Shown here: in pieces, positions 51,401 to 64,000 of the stretch
Layout: every line of letters starts with the position of its first letter
Position numbering within the stretch: position 1 is the first letter of the stretch
Assembly (NCBI GenBank): GCA_013265495.1
Contig: MU058423.1
Span: forward strand, 1,501,061-1,565,060
DNA: 64,000 nucleotides
Reading direction: 5' to 3'
From: Vicugna vicugna
Lineage: Eukaryota
Translations under genes and position numbers: made by a program
Notes under the pieces: generated by a model
What the model saw: the letters and a program-made list of their open reading frames with translations, nothing else
Told to the model about the DNA's origin: nothing
The model's database searches: none

Positions 51401-54400
51401 ATTACTGTAAATGTTAATGGACTAAATGTTCCAATCAAAAGACATAGAGTGGCAGACTGGATAATAAAGCAAAAACCTTCAATATGCTGCATACAAGAGA
51501 CTCACTTTAGGGAGAAGGACACATATAGATTGTGAGTGAAAGGATGGAAAAGGATATTCCATGCAAATGGAAAAGCCAAAAAAGCAGGTGTAGCAGAACT
51601 GATTCCAGACAAAATAGACTTTAAAACAAAGGCCATAAAGAAAGATAAAGAAGGACATTTTATAATGATTAAAGGAGTAATACAAGATGAGGATATTACA
51701 CTTGTTAATATATATGCACCCAATATAGGAGCACCTAAGTACATAAAACAATTAGTAACAGAGATAAAGGGGGATATTGATGGAAATACAATCATTGTCG
51801 GAGATTTTAACACCACATTAACATCACTAGACAGATCTTCCAGACAGAAAATAAATAAGGCAAAAGAGAAATTAAATGATACAACAGAAAAATTAGATTT
51901 GGTGGATATTTTCATAGCATTACACCCCTCAAAAATAGGATATACAGTCTTTTCAAGTGCACATGGAACATTTTCTAGGATTGATCATGTAATTGGGCAC
52001 AAAAGAAACCTCAACAATCTTAAGAAGATAGATATTATCTTAAGCATCTTTACTGACCACAATGCCATGAAACTAGAAATCAACTACAGAGAAACAAAGG
52101 AGAAAAAAAAGAAAGCATGGAGATTAAGCAATATGCTATTAAAAAAAAAAAAAACAGTGGGCCAATGATGAAACCAAAGTTGAAGTTAAAAAATACCTTG
52201 AGACAAATGAAAACACTACCACACAAAATTTATGGGATGAAGCAAAGGCAGTGATAGTGATATAGCCCTTCCTCAAAAAAGAAGAACAATCTCAAATAAA
52301 CAATCTAACCCACCCGCTAAAAGAATTAGAAAAAGAAGAGCAAAATATCCCAAAAGGTAGCAGAAGGAAGGAAAGAATAAACATAATAAACATTAGGGAG
52401 GAAATAAGTAAAATAGAGATTTTTAAAAAATTGAAAAAAATCAATCAAACCAAAAGCTGTTTTTTTGAAAGAGTAAAATTGACAAACCTCTGGCCAAACT
52501 CACAAAGGAGAAAAAACAGAGAGCACGAATAAGCAAAATAAGAAAAGAAAATGGAGAAATTACAACAAATAACATAGAAATACAGAATATCATACGCGAA
52601 TATTATGAAAAACTATATGGAATCAAAATGGATAACCCAGAGGAGATGGACAAGTTTCTGCAAACATACAGTCCACCAAGAGTGAACCAAGAAGAAACTG
52701 ACCACTTGAACAAACCTATCACTAGAAATGAAATCGATTTTGCAATAAAAAAAAAACTCCCTACAAATAAAAGTCCAGGACTGGACGGCTTCACTGGGGA
52801 ATTCTACCAAACATACAAAGAAGAACCCTTACCAGTCCTTCTCAAACTCTTCCAGAAGATTGAAAAGGAGGGAATACTCCCAAACTCATTCTATGAAGCC
52901 ACCATCACCCTGACACCAAAACCATGAAAAGACACTACCCAAAAAGAGAATTATAGGCCAATATCACTGATGAACATAGTCGCCAAAATCCTAACCAAAA
53001 TATTAGCAAATTGAGTCCAACAGCACATAAAAAAGATTATACATCATGATCAAGTGGGGTTCATCCCAGGGACACAAGGGTGGTTCAACATATGCAAATC
53101 AATCAATGTAATACATCACATCAACAAGAGAAAGGACAAAAACCACATGATCATCTCAATAGTTGCAGAAAAAACATCTGATAAACTTCAACACCCATTT
53201 ATGATAAAAACTCTCACCAAAGTGGGTATAGAGGGAACATATCTCAACATAAAAGCTATATATGACAAACCTACAGCCAGCATAGTACTCAACAGTGAAA
53301 AACTCAAAAGCTTCCCACTAAAATCTGGGACAAGATAAGTCTGCCCACTATCACCACTCCTATTCAACATAGTCTTGTAGTCCTAGCCACAGCAATCAGG
53401 CAAGAGAGAGAAATAAAAGGGATCCAAACTGGAAAAGAAGAAGTAAAAGTGTCACTATATGCTGATGACATGATACTATATATAGAAAACCCTAAAAGGT
53501 CCACACAAAAACTACTAGAACTGATCGAAGAATTCAGCAAGGTAGCAGGTTACAAGATTAACGTTCAAAAATCAGTGGCATTTCTTTACACTAATGATGA
53601 ATCAACAGAAAAAGAAAGTAAAGAAACAATCCCCTTTAAAATAGCACCCATAATAATAAAATATCTAGGAATAAACCTAACCAAGGAGGTGAAATAATTA
53701 TACACAGAAAACTTTAAACCATTGATGAAGGAAACTAAAGAAGACTTTAAAAAATGGAAGGATATCCCATGCTTCTGGATTGGAAGAATCAATATTGTTA
53801 AAATGGTCACACTGCCCAAGGCAATCTACAGATTTAATACAACCCCTATCAAATTACCCAGGATATAGTTCACAGAACTAGAACAAATCATAATAAAATT
53901 TATATGGAACCACAAAAGACCTAGAATTGCCAAAGCATTACTGAAGAGAAAGAAAGAGGCTGGAGGAACAACTCTTGCAGACTTCAGACAATACTATAGA
54001 GCTACAGTCATCAAGACAGCATGGTATTGGTACAAAAAGAGGCATATGGACCAATGGAACAGAATAGAGAGCCCAGAAATGAACCCACAAACTTTTGGTC
54101 AACTCATCTTCAACAAAGGAGGCAAGAATATACAATGGAATAAAGACAGTCTCTTCAGCAAATGGTGTTGGGAAAACTGGACAGCAGCATGTAAAACAAT
54201 GAAGCTAGAACACTCCCTTACACCATACACAAAAATAAACTCAAAATGGATCAAACACTTAAACATAAGACAAGATACAATAAACCTCCTAGAAGAAAAT
54301 ATAGGCAAAACATTATCTGACATACATCTCAAAATTGTTCTCCTAGGGCAGTCTACCCAAGCAATAAAAATAAAAGCAAGAATAAACAAATGGGACCTAA

Positions 54401-55471
54401 CTAAACTTGCAAGCTTCTGCACAGCAAAGGAAACCATAAGTAAAACAAACAACAACCTACAGAATTGGAGAAAATTTTTGCAAACCATGAAACCGACAAA
54501 GGCTCAATGTCTAGAATATATAAGCAGCTCATATGACTTAATAAGAAAAAAACAAACAACCCAATCTAAAAATGGGCAGAAGACCTAAACAAGTAATTCT
54601 CCAAGGAAGACATACAAATGATCAATAGGCACATGAAAAAATGCTCAATATCACTAATTATCAGAGAAATGCTGATCAAAACTATGATGAAATATCAGGT
54701 GTAGCAGTCAGAATGGCCATCATTCAAAATTCCACAAATGACAAATGCTGGAGAGGCTGTGGAGAAAGGGGAACCCTCCTACATTGCTGNNNNNNNNNNN
54801 NNNNNNNNNNNNNNNNNNNNNNNNNNNNNNNNNNNNNNNNNNNNAGACTAGGAATTACCATATGACCCAGGAATCCCACTCCTGGGCATATATCCAGAAG
54901 GAACCCTTTTTCAAAATGACACCTGCACCCCAATGTTCACAGCAGCAGTATTTACAATAGCCAAGACATGGATACAACCTAAAGGTCCATCAACAGATGA
55001 CTGAATAAAGATGATGTGTTATATTTATACAATGGAGTACTATTCAGCCATAAAACCCGACAACATAATGCCATTTCCAGCAACATGGATGTTCCTGGAG
55101 AATGTCATTCAAAGTGAAATAAGCCAGAAAGAGAAAGAAAAATACCATACGAGATCACTCATATGTGGAATCCAAAATAAACAAACAATAAAAACACAAA
55201 TAGACTCATAGACATAGAATACAAACTTGTGGTTGCCAAGGGGGTGGGGGGTGGGAAGGGAAAGACTGGGATTTCAAAATGTAGAATAGATAAACATGAT
55301 TGTACTGTATAGCACAGGGAAATATATACAAGATCTTGTGATAGCTCACAGTGAAAACAAAAATGTGACAATGAATATATGTATGTTCATGTATAACTGA
55401 AAAATTGTGCTCTACACTAGAATTTGACACAACATTCTACAATGACTATAACCCAATAAAAAAAAGTTTAA
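48406..55471 (+). mobile_element. Full-length (about 7.07 kb) young camelid-type LINE-1, inactivated
   Basis: 5' UTR with YY1-like CCAAGATGGT near the start; ORF1 about 50068-50956; ORF2 from ATG 51374 (EN: VGDFNT, TDH; RT: YADD) to about 55175 with multiple stops and frameshifts; AATAAA at 55455-55460; TSD AAAAATGAAC at 48396-48405 and 55472-55481. Confidence 0.95.
54790..54844. other. Assembly gap (55 N)
   Basis: Run of N inside L1 ORF2. Confidence 1.
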
Positions 55472-57278
55472 AAAAATGAACCAAAGACCTTAACAGATAC
55501 CTCACCAAAGAAGATATACAGATAGCAAATAAACATATAAAAATTCACATCAAAAAAAATTCGCATCAGATGTCATCAAGGAAATGAAAATTTAATCAGT
55601 AAGCTTTCAGTATCTATCTATTAAGATGGTCAAAATCTGGAACAATGACACTAAATTCTAGTGAGCATGTGGAGCAACAGGAACTCTCATACATTGCTTG
55701 CGGGAATCAGAAATGGCAGAGATGCTTTGAAAGACAGTTTGGAGGTTTATTAGAAGATTAAACATACTCTTACCATATGATCCAGCAATCATGCTTCTTG
55801 GTATTTAGCCAAAGGAGTTGAAAACTTATGTCACAAAAAATTGCTCATGAATGATTAGAGCAGCTTTATTCATAATTGCTGCAACATGGAAACAACCAAG
55901 ATATCCTTCAGTAGATGCCTGAATAACTAAACAATGGAATAGTAACACCAAAAAGAAATGAGCCGTCAAGCCATGGAAAGACATGGAGGAATCTTAAATG
56001 CATATTACTAAGTGGAAGAAGCCAATTTGAAAAAGCTGTACGTACTGTGTGGTTTCAACTACAGGACACTCTAGAAAAGGCAAAACTATGGATACAATAG
56101 AAAAGATCATTTGTTGCCAGGGAAGAGGGTAGGAGGAGGGATAAATAGACAGAGCACAGAAGATTTTTAGCATTAGTGAAACTATTCTGTATGATATTAT
56201 AATGTGGCATATATATTATAAATTTGTTCAAATACATAAGAGTGTGCAACACCAAGAGTGAACCCTAATGTAAACCCTATGGACTTTAGGTGATAACTAT
56301 GTGTCAATATAGGTTCATCCTTCATAAAAAAAAATATCATCTGGCAAGTGATGTTGATAATGGGGAGACAATGCAGCATGTGTGAGAGTATATGGGAAGT
56401 CTCTACCTCTCATTTCTGTTGTAAACATATGACTGTTCGGAAAAATCAAATGTTTTTTAAAAAAATAAGTAATTATCTTTATATTTTATTTGTGAAATGT
56501 CTATTATTTGTTTTAATAAATTCTAGCAAAAAAAGCAGAGAGGATTAGCTAAAACAACATTGGTAAAATGTTGACTGTTGAAGCTGGGTGATATGTACCC
56601 GGAGATTCATTCTGCTAGTCTTCTTTCTTTTGTATAAGTCTGGAAATTCTATAATAAAAGTTTCTAAATTTAATTTAAAAAGGGAAGTAAAGAAGTGAGG
56701 ATCCAGAGAAGTTAAGTGACTTTTCCAAGGCCACCCAGTCTGGTCTCCAGGCTTTAATCCCTATGCAATTTCTTTTACTCTACCCTGAGTTGGCATGGCA
56801 GGGCCACAGGTGGCTCCATGTAGTCAAAATGGTACTGTCTGAGACACAGACTATGGTGTCATGCTGGCTCCCTTACTCTAACACACCGAGCCAGGAATGC
56901 CAGGTCAATATTTATGTTTCTTGGTAGGGAGGAGCATGAGGAATGGGGTGCTGGTGAGCTAGGGAGCAAGAATGATTTGGGTTACTCAGGAAATTAAGAG
57001 ATTTCTGATGGTATTTTCAGAAGAATTTTGGAAAATACATAAGCTAATCCAGTATGATACAGGTCTTTCTTACATCTTAGTAGGGATTAAACAGTGAGGC
57101 TGGGTGAAGGATTAAAAAGAGAACAACAGAGAGTTTTGTACCGATCAGGTTGATTCCCATGCTCTCCTGTTTATGACAGCCAAGCATTATTCCGAACCTA
57201 GGGGCTGATCTGTCCCAGGGAACTGAGGTTGGAAAATTAAATCCAGGCTGAACTGAGGAGGATTCCTCTTGTACTCAC

Positions 57279-57374
57279 ATATGTCTGGATGGAGTCCCAC
57301 GCCGCCTTGGTGCTGTTGTCTGAGTGGTATCGCTTGATGCTGTCGGTCAGACCCTCAGCCACATAGTCATTCAG
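57279..57374 (-). CDS. CD53: CD53 coding exon 4 (start of EC2)
   Basis: LNDYVAEGLTDSIKRYHSDNSTKAAWDSIQTY; cAG/GTgagt boundaries; 96 nt. Confidence 0.96.
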
Positions 57375-57936
57375 CTGGGTGGGCACATTCCAGCAGAGGA
57401 GACATTGTAAAAAGCAGGTGAGTTGAAGGAACAAAGAATTCTAGCATAGGCTAGTAAAGTGGTTCCACTTGCTCCTCCCTTCCAAATGGTCTCCTCAGAA
57501 CTAAGGAAGTGAGGGGAGGGAGCTTATATATAGGAAGAAACGCTGAGGATGAAATGGCATTGAAGGAAGAAATACACAGTTGTCTCTTGTCCTTCTAGAA
57601 CTCTGGTTTTACGAAGGAAGAAAAGAGACAATAAAAGCATGGGTGTCTTGGGCTCTGAGACAGATATTCTGTACTGCCAAACACATGGAGAAAAATGAGT
57701 AGGAGGAAGATAAATTTGTTTTTACTGTTCTTTACGTTTATCCTTTAAAACACCACTCAAATGAAATTCCCTTCATGAATTTTTTTCTTTCCCCAAGTAC
57801 AATTAATCTCTCTTTCCTCCATCTTTACACCTTGATTCTACCTCTATTATAGGACTTATTTTGTGCCAACTTCTTCCCCACTGCCTACTCCCCACTCTTA
57901 GCAATACAACACTGAGTTGTGTTCCCTATAACTTAC

Positions 57937-58011
57937 CTTCCGTTCATAAACGAAGAGCAGGATGGCCAAGGTCACCTCAGCAAGGAGGATAATCAGCAGC
58001 AGGACAAAGAA
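57937..58011 (-). CDS. CD53: CD53 coding exon 3 (TM3)
   Basis: FFVLLLIILLAEVTLAILLFVYERK; cAG/GTaagt boundaries; 75 nt. Confidence 0.96.
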
Positions 58012-59453
58012 CTGGGGAAAAGCAGAGAGATGCTCACAGCATTGATCCCAGTTCTTCCCCCACTCCCACTTTACCCCTGCAGCATCGGCATGTCTCTGTG
58101 CATGTGCAGGAGGTTCTGTTCCTGCCTACTCAGGCCTTTATAAGCCTTCTCTAGTTCTGTGAGGAATATTTTTCTTTTCCTACAGCTAGTCTCCAAGATT
58201 CTGGAGGGCAGATCAGCTGTCTTCAAACTTTGTTCTCTTATTCCCATTGTGAATATTGAGTTCTGTGTGCATTATGAATATGCAATACCATTTGTTGACT
58301 CAATGAAGCATTTTTGGCATCAACCTATTGAGACAATTGAGCAAAAGACTAGTAAATTAAACCATGTATCTTTAGAGTTTGGGGTCTGGTCCTTTCTGCA
58401 AGTGCAGGGCTACTTTGGGGTGGAAGATAAGTGATGGTGGAGATTGAGAGGAACCCTGTACAGATGGGGAGAAGAGATGCTCTAATCATGGTCCTAACTC
58501 ATATTTATCTCCAACTTTAGATTCTTATGCTAATCACAGTTAATAGAAAACACATTTTCACTTATTCACCTTCCCTCACCTTTTTACTCCAACACAAATT
58601 GTGGCTACTTAAACCTGTTCTCCGTGTCTATTATGCCATTAGTCTTTTGCCATTAGTCTGAGAACTATCTGAGAATAAGGACTTTCTTATTCTCTCTCTT
58701 GGCTCCAGTTTAACAGTGGATCCATAAGGGAGAGAAGATTAACCACATGGCTTGAGGAAGAACCAAGGTGATGGGGAACCCATACTTATGGATAGAGTGG
58801 CACTGTTATACCAAGCTCTGTTTTGGGCACACTAGAGAAATGAGGAGTTCTTCTCTCATAGAGCTTAAGTGCAAAATCCAAGTCTAAAGGCACTCCTTAG
58901 GGTAATTAACTGACAGGGAGCATCTCTCGTGTTAGAACTCAGTGGCTGCAGCCTAGGCCCTCCTCGCCTGGCTGGGTCACTCACATTGTGACAGATGTGA
59001 GACAGGTAAGCGTCCTCTGCCATTTTAAGAGGGTCACAGAATTCAGAAGAATTTACAGACTATATTTTCCATCAGTTAGTGACTCTGAGTCAGATCCTGG
59101 GAATACATACTAGTGTCACAAGGATTTAGGCAGAAGGATGACACTCGATTTCAATCAGATATAAAGGAGAAATAAAAAGCTATAAAGGCAAATTATAATG
59201 ACAGGTGTCATTATTAACAATGTAAAATGGATGCCAAGGAGGACAGCAATACCCTCTCTTATCTATCCCCGGGAATCCTGTAGGAAAGCAAATAGTATTG
59301 GTCTAGACAGACGTGACTGACCTGAGGTGCGAATCTCATGTTCCTATGATTTCCCTGTGCTAATAGGTGAGCTACCATAAAACATCTTGTCTGTTGGTTA
59401 AGGCATCAGGTCCCCCGACTTAGAGCACCACATCAGCTGTGAGAGTAACTCAC

Positions 59454-59642
59454 CGACATAAGCAGGCACTTGTTCTCCTTGATAGATCCCATGCAGCCCA
59501 GGAAGGCAACCACCATGATAATGGAGCCCACGATGATGAGCACATTGCCCAGTGTGAGAGAGGGGAGGTTATGGAAGAGCACCCCAAAGTTGTTGTGGAT
59601 CAGGAGGTAGATCCCAAAGCCCAAGATGCAACAGCCGCAGAA
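59454..59642 (-). CDS. CD53: CD53 coding exon 2 (end of TM1, EC1, TM2)
   Basis: FCGCCILGFGIYLLIHNNFGVLFHNLPSLTLGNVLIIVGSIIMVVAFLGCMGSIKENKCLLMS; cAG/GTgagt boundaries; 189 nt. Confidence 0.97.
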
Positions 59643-60539
59643 CTGAAAGGAAGAATCACATAACATTCCAAAGTGAAACATGGTTCTTGACTGTCTCCTC
59701 ATATTCTCACTTACTTGAGATCAGAATCACCTTTTCCCGTGGCCTCTACCCAACAAACTCTTTACTCAGATTTCCTCATACACCTAGGAAAAAAGTTATC
59801 ATCTCCTGTGATGTCCCACCCATGCATTATCCTACCCATATCAGACACCAAGGAAAGTTCATTCCTATCAGTAACACAGTTATCTTCATGCTTCAGATTC
59901 CTGCTCATGCTTCATATCTTCACAATTCAGATTCCTACTTCTTGTTTCTTCAACTGCTTATACATGGTCTTCGCTTTGGAAACCAAGACCATGTAAAGGG
60001 GATGCCCTGATGAACTTGAGAAGTTCATCTTCCTTGGCAGAAAATTAGAGAAGCCAAACTTTTAAGATCTTCTCATAGAAGCATGAGTACCAACCCATCT
60101 TATGTCTGAAATTCAATTGCTGAATTTTGTATAGTGAAACCTCCTCAGAAAAGGTGACTTCCCTTTCAATCAGCTATTTTTCCCAAGAAGCCAGGATTGG
60201 AGGTAGGAAGAGTAAGAAAAAGGGGCACACAATACACAGAATATAGAATCTTAGGTTTCTCACCCATAGATGTCAGCAATGAGCAGTGATAGCTTAAAGC
60301 TCCCAGAGAGAAACAGCATCCCCAACTGCATTATATCTTTCAATTTTGTAGGCTTATACTGTGGCAGAATGGGAAGAGGGGAGGAAATTATTATTTTCTT
60401 GTTCTTGGGCTGGGTATACTGTTCATGACCTGGGCATGCATGGGTTGCATTCCACACCAGGCTCTTCAGGAGAAGAGAAAGAAGTAGAGTGTAGCTGGGA
60501 AAAGGTGAGCTCAACCATGCTTAGAAGAGACACACTTAC

Positions 60540-60602
60540 CCAAAAGATCAAATTGAAGAAAAACAGGACATACTTCAGCAATTTCAAGCTACTCATGCCC
60601 AT
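60540..60602 (-). CDS. CD53: CD53 first coding exon (start codon)
   Basis: MGMSSLKLLKYVLFFFNLIFW|GTAAGT; the exon starts at 60619 after a tttttAG acceptor (17 nt of 5' UTR). The seven exons sum to 660 nt = 219 aa plus stop. I did not identify the non-coding first exon or promoter in the window. Confidence 0.97.
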
Positions 60603-61750
60603 GCTGAGATATTCTTGCCCTAAAAAGTAGAAATAAGAAGAGAGGAAGTAAGTGACTTGGCTCCACTAAGTGGCACCAGAGATCAGAGGCCACAAAAGTC
60701 CACGGTTCAAAGATCTCCAGCATTACCTTGAGTTTGAGCTGTGAATTTTCTCTGAAAAGTTTCCCTGAACTTCTTGCTCTTTTAGTCTCTAAACTGAGGT
60801 AAAAATTGGCTCATCTTGAATACTCACTTTTGCTTCAATTCAGCAAGCCAATGATTCTTAATATTGAATTAAGCACTCTAGAAGGAAGCGATGGAGCTAT
60901 TCTAAGAGGAGGATTAGGCACAGTGACACACACCAGGCCAGTGTTCAGAGACTGAAGGCAGTCCTGGGGTCAGAGATAGGCTGATCAATCAGCTACTGTG
61001 GAAAAGGTCAGTGCTGGCTTGATCAGCCAGTTTCTTAAATGCACTGAGATACATATGCATTCTACATTTGGTCTATAACTCTCTCCACATGAAAGTGAGG
61101 GGAACAAATCTATGCCTCACTCATTCTTTCACTGAAGAAACATATGTAGTGTTTTCTGTTCTAAATGCTGTGGGAGATGCAAACATGACTAAGCGGTAGC
61201 TATCCTCCAGAAAATGTCAATATGAAAGCAGAGATAAAATTGGCCAACAAATATCCAATGGAGAAATGAAAAGAGATAGCAATGAGAACTTGAATTTTTA
61301 AAATATAAAATTTCATTTCTCAGTGAGGATATATCAGTATCTAAAGTCTGGTCCTCAACTCTAGAGATCCAGATACTCAGTTCTGAATTTTCTCTCAGAA
61401 GTAATGAGGTTCTATAGAGTGACATATTTTAAAACTGCACATAAGACTGATACAGAAAGCAGAATGTCAATTTATTGGATTTTTCCCCCATTAGAACTAT
61501 GCCTTTTCTAGTGCACAGATTGCTTTATAATCCATCATCCCTTCTTTGCAGTGCCAAGGTACCTGTAAGTCAGAGGGTCTTAAGAGACAGTTCATTCAGG
61601 CTGTAGATAAGCCTGATGAGCTACTTATGTTCCATAATAGAGTAATGTTCTCTGTTAAAAAGATCAAATACTTATATTTATCTCATACCTGTTCCTTTAT
61701 TTTGTCCTTCTCTTTTCCCTTCCTTCTTGTCTTGACCCTCAGAGTTACTC

Positions 61751-62430
61751 TTTTTTAAATTGAAGTATAGTCAGTTTACAATGTTGTGTCAGTTTCTGGT
61801 AAACAACATAATGTTTCAGTCATATATGTACATACATATTTCCTTTTCAGATTCTTTTTCATTATAGGTTACTACGAGATATTGAATATAGTTCCCTATG
61901 CTGTACAGTATAAACTTGTTGTTTGTCTATTTTATATACAGAAGTTAGTATCTGCAAATCTTGGAACTCCCAATTTATCCCTTCCTATCTGCTTTCCCCT
62001 CTGGTAACCATAAGTTTATTTTCTATGTCTGTGGGTCTGTTTCTGTTTTGTAAATAAGTTCACTTGTGTCTTTTTTTTTTTCAGATTCCGCATATAAGTG
62101 ATAGCATATGGTGTTTTTCTTTCTTTTTCTGGCTAACTTCACTTAGAATGACAATCTCCATCCATGTTGCAGCAGATGGCATTATTTTATTATTTTTTAT
62201 GACTGAGAAATACTCTATTGTGTATATATACCATATCTTCTTTATCCAATTATTGCCAATGGACATTAAGGTTGTTTCCATATCTTGGCTATTGTAAATA
62301 ATGCTGCTATGAACATTGGGTTGCATGTATCTTTTTGAATTAGAGTTCCCTCCAGATACATACCCAGGAGTGGGATTGTTGGATCATATAGTAAGTCTAT
62401 TTTTAGTTTTTTAAGGAATCTCTATACCAT
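61751..62430 (-). mobile_element. 5'-truncated young L1 3' end in the CD53 5' intron
   Basis: Reverse L1 3' UTR; - strand ORF WIKKIWYIYTIEYFS...SLICGI. Confidence 0.9.
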
Positions 62431-62589
62431 AAGAATTAATAATTCTTACTTTGTGTATGTACATTCCTAAAAATTCATGTATGTGTGAAATGATAGTATT
62501 TTGTATTTAATGAGGTAACTAAAATATATTACTAAAATGTATTTCACCTTTTTAATTTTAGCTTTTTTAATGTGAACATGTAAAATTAC

Positions 62590-64000
62590 ATTTTGGGGAT
62601 GAATTGACAGGGATCAGATTTGCCCTTTCACTTAAAACAACTCCAAAATGTTCAAACTATAAAATGATAACTTGCAAGACACTGACCATCAGACAATGAA
62701 GGACAGTGATCACTGAGAGATGGCAAGTAAATGATGTGAAGTCTATGATTTCCCCAGCTTACTGCTTGACATAGTTTCCAGACCATGGGGCAGAAAGAGG
62801 AAGCCTGGCAGATTATCCGAGTTGAGGAGACAGAACTGAGATTCTTAGGAGAGCAAGGCAGCTAGAGTTCACAAGACAGAGTAATGTAGAGGAGCGAGCT
62901 ACACAGAGAACGAACCACAGAGCTCTGCAGCGGATGCCTACATTACTAGTTTTCTCTTTTGCCTGTAACAAATTACCACAAACTTAGTGTCTCAAAATAA
63001 CATAAATGTATTCTCTTACAGTTCTGAAGGTCAGAAGTCCAAATTCAACATATTGGCAAGGCTGCCATCTGTCTGAAGGATTCAGGAAGAGAATCTGTTT
63101 TCTTGCATTTGTCAGCTTCTTATTTGCATAACTTGGCCCCTTCCTCACTACACTCCAACTTCTTGCTTTTGTCAAACATATCTGCTACTTCCCACTTTGA
63201 TCTACTTCTTTCTTATAAAGACCCATATGATTAGATGAGGCCTACCCACATAATCCAGGATAGTATCTCCAGTTCAAAATGTTTAATTCAACTCTCTATA
63301 AAATTCCCTTTGCCCTATGAACCTATCTGAGGGTCCCATTAATCAGTCGACCATAATGTCTATCAGGATTTTAACTGAATATCGATTAGTGCTACATGTG
63401 ACAAACTACCCAAGACTGAATATCATATAAAAAGTGACTGGCATTCACCCAAAAGTGGAATTAATGCCTATTCTCACCAACCAGAGTAGAAAACCTCAAG
63501 ATTCACAGGGTAGAGTACACAGAAGGGTCTTGCTTCAGTTGGCAGGGAATAAAGAGACCTAGACTGAACACTACTCTAGATCCACCTAACAAATCTTAAC
63601 AGCAAGGCCTGAAAGTATCAAACATTTCCAAGTAATTTAAATGCACCCCCCAAATAAAACTCAATAATATTTTATAGAAATATAAAAATATCCAGCACCC
63701 AGCAAAGTAAAATTTGCAATGTCTGGATTCACTCAAAATACCAGGCATGCATGCAAGAATCAGGAAGTACAACCCATAATATGGATATAGATTCATCAAA
63801 TAAAACTGACCCAGATGTGAAATGAGTGGTTTAAGACATTAAGTCAGATATTATATGTTCAAAAAATTAAGTAGAAACATGGAAAATATTTTTTAAAAGA
63901 CTTAAATTGAGCTTCTAAAGAAGAAAACTACAATGTGTGAGATGGAAAATACACTGGGTTGAATTGATGGCAGATTAGGGGTTGTAGAGGAAAGGTTAAT
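62590..64000 (+). mobile_element. Old L1M 5'/ORF1 region interrupted by an antisense MLT1 LTR (about 62940-63350)
   Basis: L1M ORF1-like end (aaattgagcttctaaagaagaaaactacaatgtgtgagatggaaaatacactgggttgaattgatggcagatta); MLT1 hallmark tgtaacaaattaccacaaacttagtg. Confidence 0.65.

Larger units (their letters stand above)
46483..56465 (+). mobile_element. Old L1MC1-like element (ORF2 to 3' end) split by the full-length young L1
   Basis: ORF2 remnants at 46483-48405 continue seamlessly at 55472 (aaaaatgaaccaaagaccttaacagatacctcaccaaagaagat); L1MC1-like 3' UTR caacaccaagagtgaaccctaatgtaaac... Confidence 0.78.

Noticed and set aside
48406..55471. Active autonomous L1
   Set aside because: ORF1 has a stop at 50347-50349 plus frameshifts, and ORF2 is broken into many fragments.
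38281..57374. CD53 truncated or pseudogenised by the TE block
   Set aside because: The last three coding exons are present beyond the block with canonical splice sites, giving an intact 219-aa frame.
1..64000. CRISPR arrays, operons or prokaryotic defence systems
   Set aside because: The sequence is mammalian with spliced genes; no regularly spaced repeat-spacer array was seen.

Overview
Mammalian genomic DNA, almost certainly a camelid: it carries a Vic-1-type tRNA-derived SINE and camelid-type L1 3' ends. The window is syntenic to the human LRIF1-CD53 locus. It holds LRIF1 coding exons 2-4 on the + strand (exon 1 is upstream of the window) and all seven coding exons of the tetraspanin CD53 on the - strand (660 nt, 219 aa, intact), arranged convergently. 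Between them is a full-length processed pseudogene of BIN2 (14149-16438) with a 16-bp target-site duplication and a CpG-island-like leader. Most of the rest is layered transposable elements (L2, MIR, MER58, Tigger, MLT1/MLT2, old L1M, young L1). One CD53 intron is 16.8 kb because it contains a nest of a class III ERV and several L1s, including a full-length but inactivated 7.07-kb L1. Most notable: the CpG- and ETS/RUNX-motif-bearing BIN2 retrocopy; two L1 copies 26.1 kb apart that share the same premature stop codons, one of which replaced about 0.77 kb of its target without a TSD; and the CD53 intron nest. I found no evidence of a wholly new protein-coding system; nearly all ORFs in the track are repeat-derived or shadow ORFs. 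Repeat subfamily names and human comparisons are from memory of consensus sequences, not from searches.
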